Assembly (NCBI GenBank): GCA_049724395.1
Contig: JAUGWO010000034.1
Location: 124,001-187,450 of the forward strand
DNA: 63,450 bases
Reading direction: 5' to 3'
Origin: Spongospora subterranea f. sp. subterranea
Lineage: Eukaryota
A program made the translations under genes and the position numbers. Each line of letters begins with the position of its first letter. Position 1 is the stretch's first letter. This document shows positions 62,579 to 63,450 of the stretch, one piece after another. Under the pieces are notes generated by a model. It searched no databases. It had not been told where the DNA came from and was given only the letters and a program-made list of their open reading frames with translations.

Positions 62579-63450
62579 ATGGTACAAACACGACGAGAGA
62601 TACAAGAGGAGGACACCACTCCAGACATAACCAACGATGCTATGGAAACACCATACACCCACCGGTTAAAAGAAGAAGTCGATCTCTCAAAACACAATTC
62701 GGGACTAAAACTAATCCCGGAATTCACCGGAAAGAACTGGGATGAGTTTCGTCGCAAGATTGAGACACAATTCATCATTATGGGAATCGACTCGTTCTTA
62801 CATCACCCGCCAACCCGCGGCAACACGATCGAACAACGCAACGATCAACTAGCCTCTGCCCAAATCAGCATGCGACTATCACAATCGCAATACAAACAAG
62901 TATCGAGATGCACGACAACAAGCGAAATCTGGACAACGCTCCACGATATTTACGCGGAAACAGCGGAATCCAAAGCAGCAAACTTATTTCTCCAATTCAT
63001 TCATCACAAGAAGCAGCCGAACCAAACCATGAAAGGCTACATAGACAAGCTGGTAGAACTATACGCACGACTTGAGAGTACACAACATCGACGTTGGCGA
63101 ACTAGCCCTATTGCGTCAAGGCCCTTGATGGATTGCCAGATCAATACCAACAAATCAAGGCAGCCGCCAGAGCATCTCAAGTAAACTCGATCGCAAGACT
63201 AACGAACTTACTCCTGACAACAGACCTTGAATCAACGGCGCCGCAATAGACCACCTCTCTTAACACCGAGCGAACCAAGAGGCATAAGGAAAAGTCACAT
63301 AACAACAACAACGACAGAAGCAATAACTACAACAACGGAATAATTGCACACGGTGTAGACGATCGACGCACTCGAGCGAAGAATGCTGGCTACTGCACCC
63401 AACAATGAGAAGGAAAACATAACCAACTGCGTCTACCAACACTACAACAA
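62579..63450 (+). mobile_element. Ty1/Copia gag (Retrotran_gag_2/UBN2-like), frameshifted, truncated by the window end
   Basis: IPEFTGKNWDEFRRKIE; NDQLASAQI..RLS; CTTTSEIWTTLHDIY; TMKGYIDKLVELYARL; Zn knuckle CTRCRRSTHSSEECW at ~63345. Confidence 0.85.

Noticed and set aside
1..63450. CRISPR arrays, rRNA genes, telomeric arrays or a non-standard genetic code
   Set aside because: No regularly spaced repeat-spacer units, rRNA signatures or tandem telomere repeats; in-frame stops are explained by introns or indels

Overview
This is a compact, intron-rich eukaryotic (protist-like) genomic segment. Introns are short (~45-60 nt) GT-AG, intergenic gaps are small, and the standard code is used. Positions 1-54 kb are gene-dense: ERGIC3/Erv46, TFIIIC TPR subunit, SCC2/NIPBL (with an internal PHD finger), AP-4 mu, RNF5-like RING ligase, TruA/PUS1, a DUF1748-like small protein, ORC4, fungal-type homoaconitase (LYS4), a FAM92/CIBAR-like BAR protein, an RGS-like+DENN protein, PDAT, CCT-alpha, a secreted SUEL lectin, an MFS transporter, ERV1, a Myb/SANT-like gene, a head-to-head QTRT2/QTRT1 pair, EEF1AKMT1/EFM5, DOMON-cytochrome b561, a GT1 glycosyltransferase and a front-end (delta-5-like) desaturase. 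Harbinger and Penelope-like relics lie at 49-50.5 kb. Positions 54-63 kb are a retroelement-rich block of rearranged Ty3/Gypsy copies and a Ty1/Copia gag. The larger Gypsy composite lies between two identical, convergent initiator-type tRNA-Met genes that have an atypical C1:G72 pair. The gene set suggests a flagellated protist; a plasmodiophorid is plausible but is only an inference. Most notable observations: both tRNA-guanine transglycosylase subunits share a 141-bp divergent spacer; the iMet-like tRNA pair is non-canonical; one Gypsy copy has a probable self-priming PBS; and a Penelope-like fragment lacks a C-terminal endonuclease. All calls come from manual translation and motif recognition. 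Exon boundaries are approximate, and recurrent single-base frameshifts suggest assembly errors.
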